Source of the DNA: Mobula hypostoma
Lineage: Eukaryota
DNA length: 64,000 bases
NCBI RefSeq assembly: GCF_963921235.1
Contig: NC_086120.1
Location: forward strand, 8,370,001-8,434,000
Reading direction: 5' to 3'
Position numbers and translations under genes: made by a program. Numbering within the stretch: position 1 is the first letter of the stretch; each line of letters opens with the position of its first letter. The notes under the pieces are model-generated. The model was not told the origin of the DNA. It saw nothing but the letters and a program-made list of their open reading frames with translations, and made no database searches. Shown here piece by piece: positions 52,251 to 64,000 of this stretch.

Positions 52251-54879
52251 CAAAATATCAATAGACGGCTTCATGATAACAAAAAAAAAACTGAACCTGG
52301 AGGTTCACAACGACATAAAGTGTTAGCATAAATCAATAAAACTTCCTTTGAAAAAGGAGGGCATTTATTATTTTGTGCATGATCATAGGAAGCATTAAAT
52401 ATGGGTCATTTATTCAATTCCTCCCCTCTCATCTGAGCCTGTAAAACACGAAGTAAACATCTGACAGCAGAATATACAAAGCAGTACAACATGTAACACT
52501 GGAAATAGTACACTCCCTTTACACTACTTCCTAGAAGTTTATAAGAAATTTTAAGTAGATATTTATTTGTAGGTAATTTATTCTTCACGTTAACAACAGT
52601 AAGTTTTGCTGCCCTTCCATTGTGCTCCTTGTTTAGATCCAACCTTTGAAATCTGGAGATGTGTTCGCTGTGGATTCCGCACACCATGATCTAGGACCTA
52701 AAACCTGGCTTCATGACCACTCTCACTTTGCACATCTGTGCTGAGTTAAACCATTCAGTTTTATTCTTTGTGAGGTCCAGCTTTCCCTCAGTCTCTGAGG
52801 AGTTCAACACAATTTTTCTCACTGACAAGTGACCACTCTTTCCATGGGAAGGCGGACAGAGAAATTCAAACAAACCCATCTGGCCCAATATTATCCTCAT
52901 CATACACCCAGCATCCAGGGTCACTGATAGTGAGCAGGAGAGTGGATATCCTGACTGAGCTTTAATTTGCAATCCCAGAGCATGGATCGTTGCTGCATTC
53001 TCCGGGGGATAATGTTGATTTAGTTTAGAACTGGAACTAAAGCTAAATATTTTGGTTAATCCATCTGAATAAATCCTGATTGTATATGCACGCACTCCAT
53101 GTGATTGAACCTACCCAAGCTTTTGAGGCTGTGGTGACCGAAATACTTCTACAATCCGCATTGTAACAGTTTGGAAGTCCTCATCAGCTATCATCTTAAC
53201 CCACATTCCCAAGGCATATTCCAATGCAGGAAAGTCTTAACAGGACAATTTATTGGCCAAAAACATCTTCCAGTGCACTTTATACATTCCACCCATCGAA
53301 GCTCCTCCTTCTGAAGCATTCCCTGTCCATAATAGAGGTTAAAATCCCCATTGCTATAAAACCCTGGCTCAGGCAACTTTCTCTAGTTTGCCCAAATATC
53401 TGTTCCTCTGCATTTTACTGGCTTGTGTGCAGATTTAAAGTTAATTAATTTCTAGAATTTCAAGCTATGCACCAGTGAACAGATTATTACTGTCAAATTG
53501 CTACATGATAACATTGACAATGACCTCCTCCCCCTTTGCTGATGAGTGAGAGTAGACAGATTAAGCAGTAATACGCTGGATAAGATTTGCATGTTTTTGG
53601 TGAACAGAACAAACCTGAACATTGTCATACAGAGAGAAGATCTGTATTTGATCTGGACCCTACAATGCCTACTTCCATTTTGGTTCCTTAACTATCGACT
53701 GCAGGTTCAGTGTGGCAGATTGGTCACTGATTACAGAGACAAGTTGTCGTAGTGGGGCTCCAATCCCGTTTCAGCGATGGACAATGTAGTGCCCAAGCAG
53801 GGTACGTTCCTTGTCCTTGTCAATTTCAAAACTTCAGTATGAAGAAAGACTAGTTTACTCTAGCAGACAATTATCGGAGCACAGACGAGTGAAAGATCAA
53901 ACCGTAGACTGTAAAATTCAGACAGGACTGAACAGAACCATTCTTGAGAAGCTTCACCAATCACTGGAGTGGTCAAAGTCGGTGGGTCCTCAGGTTCAGG
54001 GAATAAACTTCAGAACTAGATTACAAATATCTACTGATCTTTCCACCTCGGAGGTAGGTGAAGGCCAGGTCATCCCGGTCATGGATGAGTATTCCCGTTA
54101 GTGTGTGCTCCCACCTTCCCCTCACATCACTACATTGATGTAGCACAAAGGATAATGGGAGAATTTTGAAAAGGTTTTGAAAAGGATGACCAGCTATAAT
54201 CCTATTGAATTGGGCAGCAGTTCAAGGGGCTGAAAGCCAAGTCTTGCTCCAATTTTCATCGGGTCTCTGTTTCTTTCTTTCACCTAGCCACTCTACCAGC
54301 CAGTCTTCATGTTCTTAAAGTTTATTATTATCATTCTTTAAATTGATTGTGCTTCCAGCTTTATGCAAACAGTAATTCTGAAGGTTGAGCCCACCGAAGC
54401 CAAGTGCAAGTCATTAATATGCTTGAAGGATAAAGTCGCCCTCATACCGTCACATAGGTACTCATACTTCCATACAGTCTGATCGATAACCTATCAAGTT
54501 ACTCTCCCTTTATATTAATTGCTGTATCCATGCAAATAGACATCACCAGACTTCCTCCTTCTTGATCTTTATTCTCAGATACATCTTCTTTTCCTGAGAT
54601 TTCAGAAGGCCCTGCTTCATTTGTGCAGAATAAAGTGCCACAGCTCTGTCCTCCTTCCGATTGGACAAGAAAAGCTTGAAGAATAAGGATCTTCAAAACT
54701 TTCTCATTAACTCCTCAGATACTCTGCTTCTTATGGTACTGTTGCCCGTCTGTATTTGGATCATAAAATTTCCCCACTGTGTTCCTGGGATTGTTTATCT
54801 TTTATTCTAATTATTTGTCTTTCAAATACACACGAAATGCTCGCAGATCTCACTGGTCCAGGAAACGTCTTTGGGAAAG

Positions 54880-55165
54880 CGTAGATTGAACGTTTCGGTC
54901 CGAGATGTTTACAGTACTATTTCCCGTTGATACTGTCATACCGAGTGAGTTTCTCCAGCGTTTTGTGTCTGTTTTGTGTCCTGACGAAGGGTCTCGGCCT
55001 GAAACGTCGACTGCGCCTCTTCCTATAGATGCTGCTTGGCCTGCTGCGTTCACCAGCAACTTTGATGTATGTTGCTTGAATTTCCAGCATCTGCAGAATT
55101 CCTGTTTTTTGTGTCTGTTGTTTGGATTTCCAACATCTGCAGATTTTCTCTTGTTTGTGATTGGT
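54880..55165 (+). mobile_element. Penelope-like tail fragments
   Basis: Close match to 49876-50000, with a duplicated GAATTTCCAGCATCTGCAGA-type end. Confidence 0.8.
54978..55011 (+). ncRNA. Minimal type I hammerhead ribozyme motif
   Basis: GTC-CTGACGA-AGG gtctcgg CCT-GAAA-C-GTC-GAC; stem I is only 3 bp. Confidence 0.7.
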
Positions 55166-55399
55166 TCTCCCTAAATTTGCTCACTTCGAAACGCTTCAAC
55201 AGGAGTCGCCAGTCGTACAGCGGGTTTGTACCGAGTGTTCTCTGGTGGTCGAACTGATGCCGCACAAGAACCCAACTGAACGAATTAAATGGCTTACGTT
55301 ATTTCTCTTTAGTGAGGGTCTGGAATGGGTCACAGCTCAGTGGGAGAGAGGACCCCGAATGCTTCTTTATTAGTTAATTTACCAATGTCTTAAAGATAA

Positions 55400-57780
55400 T
55401 CTTTAATCATTCCGTCAGTGGTCAGCAGGCGATTGCGAGACTTCCTGACATCGGACAGGTGGCGAGATTGTGGCTGACAATTGAATCAAATTCGGAACTA
55501 TGACTTTAGAGAGTAGATAGATGGTGAAGTTCTTGCGGACATGTTCTACAAAGGTGTCAACAGCAATCTTAAAGATGAAATGTTATTTGCTGTACTGGAC
55601 CTTAATGGACTAGTCGATTCAGCCATTCGTCTGGACTTCCGTTGCGAGAGTGACGCCAGGATTTCCCCAGCTTCAATCATAACTACTACTCCTCCCCCAA
55701 CTCCGCTTCACCAGCCTTAACATTTCCTATACAGATCCTTTGCCGACCTACTCGCTGGATGCCGTCAAACCATCTCATTCTTGGTTATTAATGGCTGCTG
55801 CAGTAGTTCCCTGTGATTGTCTGGTCAGGGGTAGCTATTAATATATTAATAAGATATTAATTAATTAATTAATTAATTAAGATATCAATGTTGATTCAGA
55901 GAGTTCCTTCTAAATACGTACAAACAGATCTCATGCAGTTTTAGCAAGAAAAATGTTATTTCGCTTCCACCCTTCCGTAATTATGATTGGGCTATTGATT
56001 ATTGCCTGGTTCCCTCCCCTCCCAAGGGAGGCTGTTCTCACTATCCAGTCCTGAGAGATGACCGATGGACGATTACCTCGAACAGGCGTTGACAGCGGAT
56101 TTGTCAGACTCTTGATTTCAACTGTATGGGCAGCATTCCTCTTTGACACGAAGACTGATAGCTGCCTCAGAACCGATGTTTATTATCGGGATCTTAACAA
56201 GATTAACATCAAATCTTTACAACTTGCTCTCAAAAAACTCAGCCTTTGATTTACTGCATTACGTTAAAATTTTCAGTAAATTGGATTTCAGGAAGGTCTG
56301 CAATTTAATTCAATTCGTCAGGGCAATGAATGGAAGATGGCATTCAATACCTCCACCGAATGTTATGAATATCTCGTTATACACTTTGGGATATTAACGC
56401 CCTAACAGTTATTAATATCAGGCATTCATTAATGATGTCTTGAAGGGATGTTAAACAGGTTTGTCTTTGTGCACCTAGATCATATTTTGATTTTTCAACC
56501 TCTTATTGGAACATGTCTCCCATATTTGTCAAGACATAGAAGAGTGGATATCATATACTGTACATAAAGTCTCATTCTCAGATTAATGGATCCGGATGAA
56601 TCTCATACCGTTCAGGACTGACCCATACTCACTTATTTCAAGCAGTTTCAGACTTCCTTGGAGTTTGCCAACTTTTATAAGAGATTTATTCACAATTTTT
56701 ACTCAGTGGCTACTTCGCTGTTTAATATCAACAGGGTTTTGCGAGCTTAGGAGAACGATGGTGCCTACCGGCGACATCTTTGCTTGCATCTTCGGAAGCA
56801 GCTGTATTCCATCTTCGATATCTGTTTCCCCCACCCCCCCCCCACCCCTTTTCAAGGTTCTAGTGAAGACGCTGACGTGGAGTTATACGCTGAGTTAGGG
56901 TTTACCACAAGTCTTCCTCCTTCCAAGGGGAAGACCATTATCATCGTAATTTTGGAATATTTTTCAGAGGTTTGCATATACATTGTCTTGCACAGACTAT
57001 CATTTGCGACGTAGACGGCCGAAATTCTCTTTCACCAAGTCTTCAGGATGGACAGTTTTCCGGTGAACATTTGTCTCTTCGCAGGCCACATTTTGCATCA
57101 TGTGTTGCAGGACGTTCTGTAAGCTGATTGGAGCAATAGTGAGTCTTTAATCTTGGTTTCTCCTGCAATCCGATGGCCGAGGTTGCGTTCCTACGGCCGA
57201 AGAATCATCGAACCCTGCAAGATAAAATGGACTACAGCAAGGGAAATTTTGTTACCTTCTACATATAAAGCTGAAATAAAGGCTACCCACAAGAAAAGAC
57301 GGGGTTCCATTTTTAGCATGGGCATCAGGTCTTGATGTCGACTCAGGTTTTGTCACTCCGACTGGAGTCCAGGAATTTGGCGCCCATGTTCATTGATCCC
57401 TTCAATGTTCTCAAGAGTGTAAACCTGGTTGCTTACACCATGCATCATCAAAGACCTTCCAGATCAATCCCCCTTAACACACTTTAAAATTAAAAACTTG
57501 TGCACACCAGCTCTTTAGCCCCAGGATCATCAGTCCCGCTGTCACCCAAGTGTGTCATTCGAGAACAGGGTTTCACCATGAGAAGAAGTTAGGATTCATG
57601 AACATTTCGGGGTGTTCGGCTGCTTCTCGTGGACTGGGAAGGATTCGGACCCACGGAATGGTGCTGGGTGCCTGAAAGGGACATCTCGGAACCGGCCCTC
57701 ATTCATGATTACTATCATCGTCTCTCTATGTAGTCAGGGCTGTCAGCAGTCAGTCGTAGCAGAGGGATACTTGCTATCAG
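55400..57780 (+). mobile_element. Heavily decayed Sushi/chromovirus-like Gypsy internal region
   Basis: Remnants include gag LKDEM..AIRLD; RT GFVRL..YYRDLNKINIK, KIFSKLDFR and FVFVHLDHIL; integrase GFTTSLPPSKGKTIIIVILEYFS. RT lies upstream of INT. Confidence 0.7.
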
Positions 57781-58049
57781 ACATGCACCTAGCGCTGCCA
57801 GCTTCCGCGTTTTATACGTTCTATCTCTTCGGATTATGGATAGCTGGAACGACCCCTTTTAAGATTTAGGCTGCCCTGTTAATTGGCGGCATGCTTTGGA
57901 ACTGGGATTTAACATTTAAAGAGCACCTGAATTGTGGTTCGGTGTTGAATTGTAAATTCACCTGCATAATCGCCTAGGTTCTTCGTTTGTAATCGCTTCT
58001 ATTTCCATCTCGTATCATGACTCCATCATAGTCTCAGATAAACTTTGCA

Positions 58050-59525
58050 TCATCAGTGGGGACAGGAGAGGTTCTGCAGGATTAGAGGGTTGCGTATGTT
58101 GTTCCCATATTCAAGAAAGGGTGCAGAGATAGTCCAGGAAATTATAGACCAGTGAGTCTTACTTCGGTGGTTGGTAAGTTGTTGGAGAAGATCCTGAGAG
58201 GCAGGACTTATGAACATTTGGAGAGGCAGAATATGATTCGGAATAGTCAGCACGGCTTTGTCAGAGGCAGGTTGTATCTTATGAGCCTGATTGTATATTT
58301 TAAGGATGCGACTAAACATATTGATGAAGGTAGAGCAGTAGATGAGGTGTATATGGATTTCAGCAAGGCATTCGATAAGCAACCCCATGCAAGACTTATT
58401 GAGAAAGTAAGGAGCCACAGGATCCAAGGGGATATTGTTTTGTGGATTCAGAATTGGCATGTCCACAGAAGGCAAATAGTGGTTGTAGATGGGTCATATT
58501 CTGCATGGAGGCCGGTGACCAGTGGTGTGCCTCAGGGATCTGTTCCGGCACCCCTTCTCTTTGAGATTGTTATAAATGACCTGGATGAGGAAGTGGAAGG
58601 ATGGGTTAGTAAATTTGCTGATGACATAAAGGTTGGGGGTGCTGTGGATAGTGTGGAGGGTTGTCAGAGGTTACAGCAGGATATTGATAGGATGCAAAAC
58701 TGGCTGAGAAGTGGCATTTGGAGTTCAACACAGATAAGTGTGAGGTGGTTCATTTTGATAGGTCAAATATGATGCAGAATATAGTATTAATGGTAAGACA
58801 CTTGGTTGTGTGGAGGATCAGAGGGATCTTGGGGTCTGAGTCCATAGGACACTCAAAGCTGCTATGCAGGTTGACTCTGTGGTTAAGAAGGCATACAGTG
58901 CATTGGCCTTCGTCAACTGTGGGATTGAGTTAGAAATTGAGCAGTAATGCTGCAGCTATATAGGACCCTGGTCAGACCCCGCTTGGAGTATTGTGCTTAG
59001 CTCTGGTTGCCTCACTACATGAAGGATGAGGTAACGACAGAAAGGGTGCAGTGGAGATTTACAAGGATGGTACTGGATTGTAGAGCATGCTTTACGAGAA
59101 TATGTTGAATGAACTCAGCCTTTTCTCCTTGGAGCGGCGAAGGATGAGAGGTGCCTGTAGGAGGTGTATAAGATGATTACAGGCATTGATCGTGTGGATC
59201 GTCAGAGGCTTTTTCCCTGGGCTGAAATGGGGGTAACATGAGAAGGCACAGTTTTAAGGTGCTTGGAAGTAGGTACAGAGGAGATGTCAAGGGAAAGGTT
59301 TTACGCAGAGAGTAGTGAGTGCGTGGAGTAGGCTGCCAGTGACAGTGGTGGAGGCAGGTATGATAGGGTCTTTTAAGAGACTCCTGGATAGGTATATAGA
59401 GCTTAGAAAAATATAGGGCTATGGATAACCCGAGGTAATTTCTAAAGTAAGTACATGTTCGGCACAGCATTGTGGGCTGAAAGGCCCGTATTGTGCTGTA
59501 GGTTTTCTAAGTTTCTATGTTTCTA
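58050..59525 (+). mobile_element. 5'-truncated CR1 LINE (RT to tail)
   Basis: NYRPVSLTSVVGKLLEKI, QHGFVRG, YMDFSKAFDK, SGVPQGSV, KFADDIK; (TTTCTATG)n tail. Confidence 0.92.
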
Positions 59526-59689
59526 AAACTTTCATCTTTTCATACTGATATATGGACAAAAGTGATTTTCTCTTAGAATATAAATATTGAGAAATTGGGG
59601 GAGCTAAGTTAAAATTGTTAGACTTGCTGATGGAGGTAGGTTTCAAGATCAGATGTCTGCTGCCCCATGAGGCATGCAAATACAAAATC

Positions 59690-60055
59690 ATCTGCAAAGC
59701 CTCCAGCCTAGGTTATTGCTTGTAGTGCTCCCAATATGGCTTCTCCTACTTTGGTAAGACCAGGCACAATCTGAGAGACCTCTTTGCTGAGCACCTGTGT
59801 TCCATGTGCCATGACTATCTGGAGCACCCAGTTGCCAGATATTTAATTTTGGGGCCTGTTCCTGCACAGATGTATCTATTCACAGCCCTGTTCTCTTCCA
59901 GGTTGAGGCTAAACACAAAATGAAGTATCATCACCTCATATGCCACCTGGGTAGACGACAGTCTAATGGCATGAGAATTAAATTGTCTAATTTCCAGTAC
60001 AGTGTTCCCCCTCTCTTCCATTTTTCTCTCCACCTGGTTGTTCCAGAAAACTGAT
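59690..60055 (+). mobile_element. Penelope-like GIY-YIG fragment, old
   Basis: Degenerate CSQYGFSYFGKTRHNL..FAEHL..HPVA. Confidence 0.55.
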
Positions 60056-60084
60056 ACCCAATAAGAATAAACATGATGGGTGGG

Positions 60085-60540
60085 TGCTGCAACTATTTGG
60101 TTTCGCTTGAACAAATGGACCCAGACTTGGTAGTTCCTCCGACACTCACTTTATTGTTAATACGGAGTAGAAAATAGAGAGTCGCGAGATATGCTTTATA
60201 TTGTACAAAACCTACACCACCAGCAGGTAGGGCTAACTTAAGCAACCCCTAGAAGTCTACACTGCCGAGTGGATGATCGACCATGGACTGGCTAGGGTGG
60301 AGGTCGTTGGCGCCGGTTCAGCTGCTCGGCCTGAGGGTGGGACCCATTCCAGTGGTCTGCCCAAGAAAGAACTTTCCCCCCTTATAGCACTATCAGCACC
60401 TCCCAGTCCAGCTGGAAGGGGCTAGGCATCCAATCCGACGCTTACACGAGCCTAACCCGGGCCAGTCCAAGTCCTGGCCACGTATGATGCAGCATACATC
60501 CTCCATACCTGCAAGTACCAAGGTCAGGAGACATTTAACA
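60085..60540 (-). mobile_element. Putative LTR with an adjacent polypurine tract
   Basis: On the minus strand, GAGGGGGAAAAGGATGGT precedes TGTTAAAT; internal AATAAA; ends ..GCAGCA. No partner LTR in the window. Confidence 0.4.
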
Positions 60541-61979
60541 ACCATCCTTTTCCCCCTCAGGGACAACACATCTTATTAATCTTACAACCAAGCAAAGTAA
60601 AAAAAAAAACAGCATTTTTTAGAGATAAGGTGATTAATTACTTTTACACAAAGCAGCACTTTTAGTTGCTCTCAGGCATGTTATCCAGTAGACCAGAGTC
60701 ACATGTTGTTCTCCCCTTATCTAGTATCAAGAGTGTATCTGCTCATCAACATAACAGGCACACAAATTCCTAATTATTAACCATTTCCCTGTTGTGCCAA
60801 TTTTCAGGCCCGCACATCTGACCCATACAATATGCACTTACCTATACACTGGACTACCCAATTTTTCCTAAGCCTTCCCTGACTCCTATTACCCAATCTC
60901 TGTACCTTCCTTTACCTACCACAACTACCCATCTACTACCAACACCTCCCATTTGGTCTCCCCTCCCTCACCGTTCCCATCTGCCCTCTCCACCTTCCTC
61001 ACTTGATTCCATTACCCAACTTCCCCTCCTGTCAGATTAGATCATCTTCAGCTCTTGTTCCCTCCACCTATCACCTCCAAGCTTTGTTATCAGTTCCACC
61101 TCCCCTTCTTCATCTACCTGTCATTCCCACCCTTCACATCAATCCATTGCCACCTCTTGCTCCACCATTTCCCTTCACCTTTTTAAACTAGATGTCTGCC
61201 CTCTTACCTTTCAGTCCAGATACTGGAATCTAACCCAAAGCTATTTCTGTCCAATTCCCTCTACAGATGCTACCTTACCTGTTGAATTCCGCTAACAATT
61301 TACTTTACGTTTCTTCTTCTGCTTGAGACAAGGCATCTCCCTCATCCGGAAATTAACCTCCAGCTTCCTCTGTCCTTGTCAATCCAGTGCCTCATGCACT
61401 GTTCTTCCTTCCTTGGGTCGAACAGTCTTTCCCTTCCAGATTTTCAGAAATCTTTTTCAGTGGATTCAGCCAAACATTTCACTCACTTTGCTTGACTATA
61501 GACACAGGTCTCAGTCAACCACCTAGGTATTATGAGTAGATATCACATAACAGAACATGCTCACTTACAGTGCAACACTCACAAATTGCTGGAGTAACTC
61601 AACGGGTCAGCCAGAAACTATGGACATGAATGAACAGTCAATACTTGTGAGATGCACTGTGGAACCTATATCTAGTTTGAGTCTATCCTGTCCAATATGG
61701 TCCAGGCTCCTTACCCCATCCACACTTGTATAAACCAATGAAGTATTTGTGTCCATCTGGGGTTCTTTGATATATTCCAAAGGCATATCATACAATAGTA
61801 CAACTGGATAAGCTCCCTCCATTCTTTATTCCTCCGTTTAGTACAAGTATCACCCCTGGATACATGTATTGAGGGACTTTGATTGACTTGGTCTGCCAAC
61901 ATGACACAGCATTAGGTTCTTCCCTGCATTAAATTAGACCTTCCTCACAATCCAAAAATCAAAAACCTTCAATACAGTA

Positions 61980-62520
61980 TTGTCAAACATTGGCTGTCGG
62001 CCACCATTCCTATTGGAAGAAGCCAAAGAACTTAGTAACATGGTGTCATGACAACAACCAATGTCAGTTAAACAAAAGATCTGGTCAATTTCTGCAGGAA
62101 GGGGTTGGTACACAGGATTCTGTCGATATCATTGCTGCTGAGAAAGTTGTGGTCACACCTCAGCACATCAAGAAAACCATCCTCTCCTCCACGGACTCTT
62201 CCTATGCTTCAGTAAAGCAACCAGTATCATCAAAGGCCTATTCCACCCTGGACATTGTCACTTATCCCCCTCTCATCAGGCTAAACAGAAAAAGCTTGTA
62301 AGCATGTACCATCAGGCTCAAGGATACCTTCTGCCTGCTGATATAAGAGTACTGCGTGATTCTCTGGTCCAATAAGATAGATCTTTGACCTTACAATCCA
62401 CCTAATTCTGATCTTTCACCTTATTGTTCACCTGCACTGCACTTTCTCTGCAACTGCTAGTCTTTATTGTGCATTCCATTATTGTATAACCTTGTACTAC
62501 CTCAATACCCTGTATAATGA
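61980..62520 (+). mobile_element. L2-like 3' fragment, old
   Basis: Degenerate WCHDNN, HPGH..PLPSG and TIRLKDTF motifs, followed by the tail. Confidence 0.6.
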
Positions 62521-62999
62521 TATCTCAGTATAGGTGACAATAGTAAACCAATTCCAATTCCGGAAGCGGTTCAACTTTTGAACTCACAAGTTGGAAGAAA
62601 GAAGATGTCTGATTTTAAAATCTGCTTCCCTCTGCTTTTACATACAAACCAATCTGGAATAATCTTGCTCTTATGACATAATGTCTATAACAGAATTAAA
62701 CAGTGACTCAATAAAAGTTCGATTTAGTCTAAGTAGATTACCCCAATTAAAAATTCATTTCTGGAAACTTGGCATCACTGGTAGGCCCGGTGTTGATTGC
62801 TCATTCCTTGAGAGATTGATGGTGAACTTTAGTCTTACACAACTCCTACCCTGGGGATGGTGCTCCCACAGTAATGTCAGACAGAAAGTTCCTGAACTTC
62901 AGTGGAGGACCAGTGATACATTTCCAGATATGGATTACAAAGAAAGCACCCAGAATTAATGACTCTCATTCAGCTGATTAACAAATTCATGTGCTCTAG

Positions 63000-63900
63000 A
63001 ACTGCAAAGGCTCAAAGATCTCATCACAAAGATACTCTATAAATATCACTGTCTGTATCCCCAAACTCTCCATTTACTATGTATTTCTCCCTTTCCAAAT
63101 ATAGTTGAGATGTAACCATTTGAAACCATATACATATCCCTTGACTCCAAGAATAGATTACACTTTTTTCCCTCAATGAACCGAGTCTTCCCCTCATTAC
63201 TTATTTGCTTCTAATATACTTGTAAAGTGACTTGAGATTCTTGTTCATCTGTGTGCCAAGTAGGTTTAATGGCCCATCTTTGCTCACCTAAGTTCTTACC
63301 TACACCCTCTATTCTCAAGGATCTTGTCCGTTTTCAAACACTTATAGCAGCTACGTGCTTCTTTCATTTTTACATCAAGCCCTTCATATATAGTTCCTTG
63401 ATACCGATGATTTCTTCATCCAACCATACATTCCATTTACCTCCATAAGAGCATGTTGGTCCTGAACACTGACTTTCCTACTTTTAACACACTCCCACTA
63501 GCTAAATGTTGCTTGTACCCAAGGCAGCTTCTGACAGTTACTTTAACAGATCCATCAGCTTTTTTGGACCAGACTTACCAATTCAAAAAGCTGCATTGAA
63601 ACTGACAGAATTATCCCCCGCTATCACCAAAATGCTTTTCACTGTCACTACCCTCATTTCTTGAGCCTCACTCCCAAGATAAGGTAGAGTACAGACAAGT
63701 CTTAGCAGGATTATCAATTTATGCCAGAAACGACTTTCCAGGCTGTACTTTACGACTTCCGCCCATCTAAGCCCCTCATGCTGCGGCAATTCCAGTCCAT
63801 ATTGCGCATTTAAAATCTATATAATATATAATTCCCTTGCTAATATACATTTATGTGGTTTTCCTATACATCTGCTCTTCTAACTCCCACTGACTTGTCT
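63000..63900 (-). mobile_element. Old CR1 endonuclease/RT-linker fragment
   Basis: Same family as the other CR1 copies but strongly degenerate. Confidence 0.4.
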
Positions 63901-64000
63901 GGACAAGTAAACTCAAATGTTTCTGTGAAAATAAATGTGTGATTGAGCGATCAGATTATTGCTGTGGAAGTGCCACTTGAACCCATTGTCCATGACACCT

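Noticed and set aside
52691-53095. 134-aa minus-strand ORF as a host exon
   Set aside because: No recognisable domain, and a few ORFs of this length are expected by chance in 64 kb. A protein search would settle it.
53585-54537. Extra octamers (53585, 54530; also 21301)
   Set aside because: About the number expected by chance, with no TATA, leader or V exon nearby.

Overview
Eukaryotic genomic DNA from a cartilaginous fish. This is inferred from the Ig sequence and the repeat families; a ray or skate is plausible but unproven. Most of the window is decayed retroelements: CR1, L2, L1, RTE, Penelope-like (PLE), three Gypsy lineages, solo LTRs, a tRNA-headed SINE and one Tigger-type DNA transposon. 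The only host gene I can support is one complete immunoglobulin light-chain cluster on the + strand: octamer/TATA promoter (41901-41930), leader exon (42021-42069), a V and J already fused in frame with no RSS between them (42174-42530), and a C exon (46256-46578), giving a 242-aa spliced product. V and C resemble the sigma isotype by my recall of family motifs, not by a search. The main leads are this apparently germline-joined sigma-type gene on a CpG island, and three intact minimal hammerhead ribozyme motifs in PLE copies downstream. Two of the ribozymes lie in the ~410-bp inverted arms of a 1.25-kb insertion with a 14-bp target-site duplication. Boundaries of old repeats are approximate (tens of bp), and all counts are manual.
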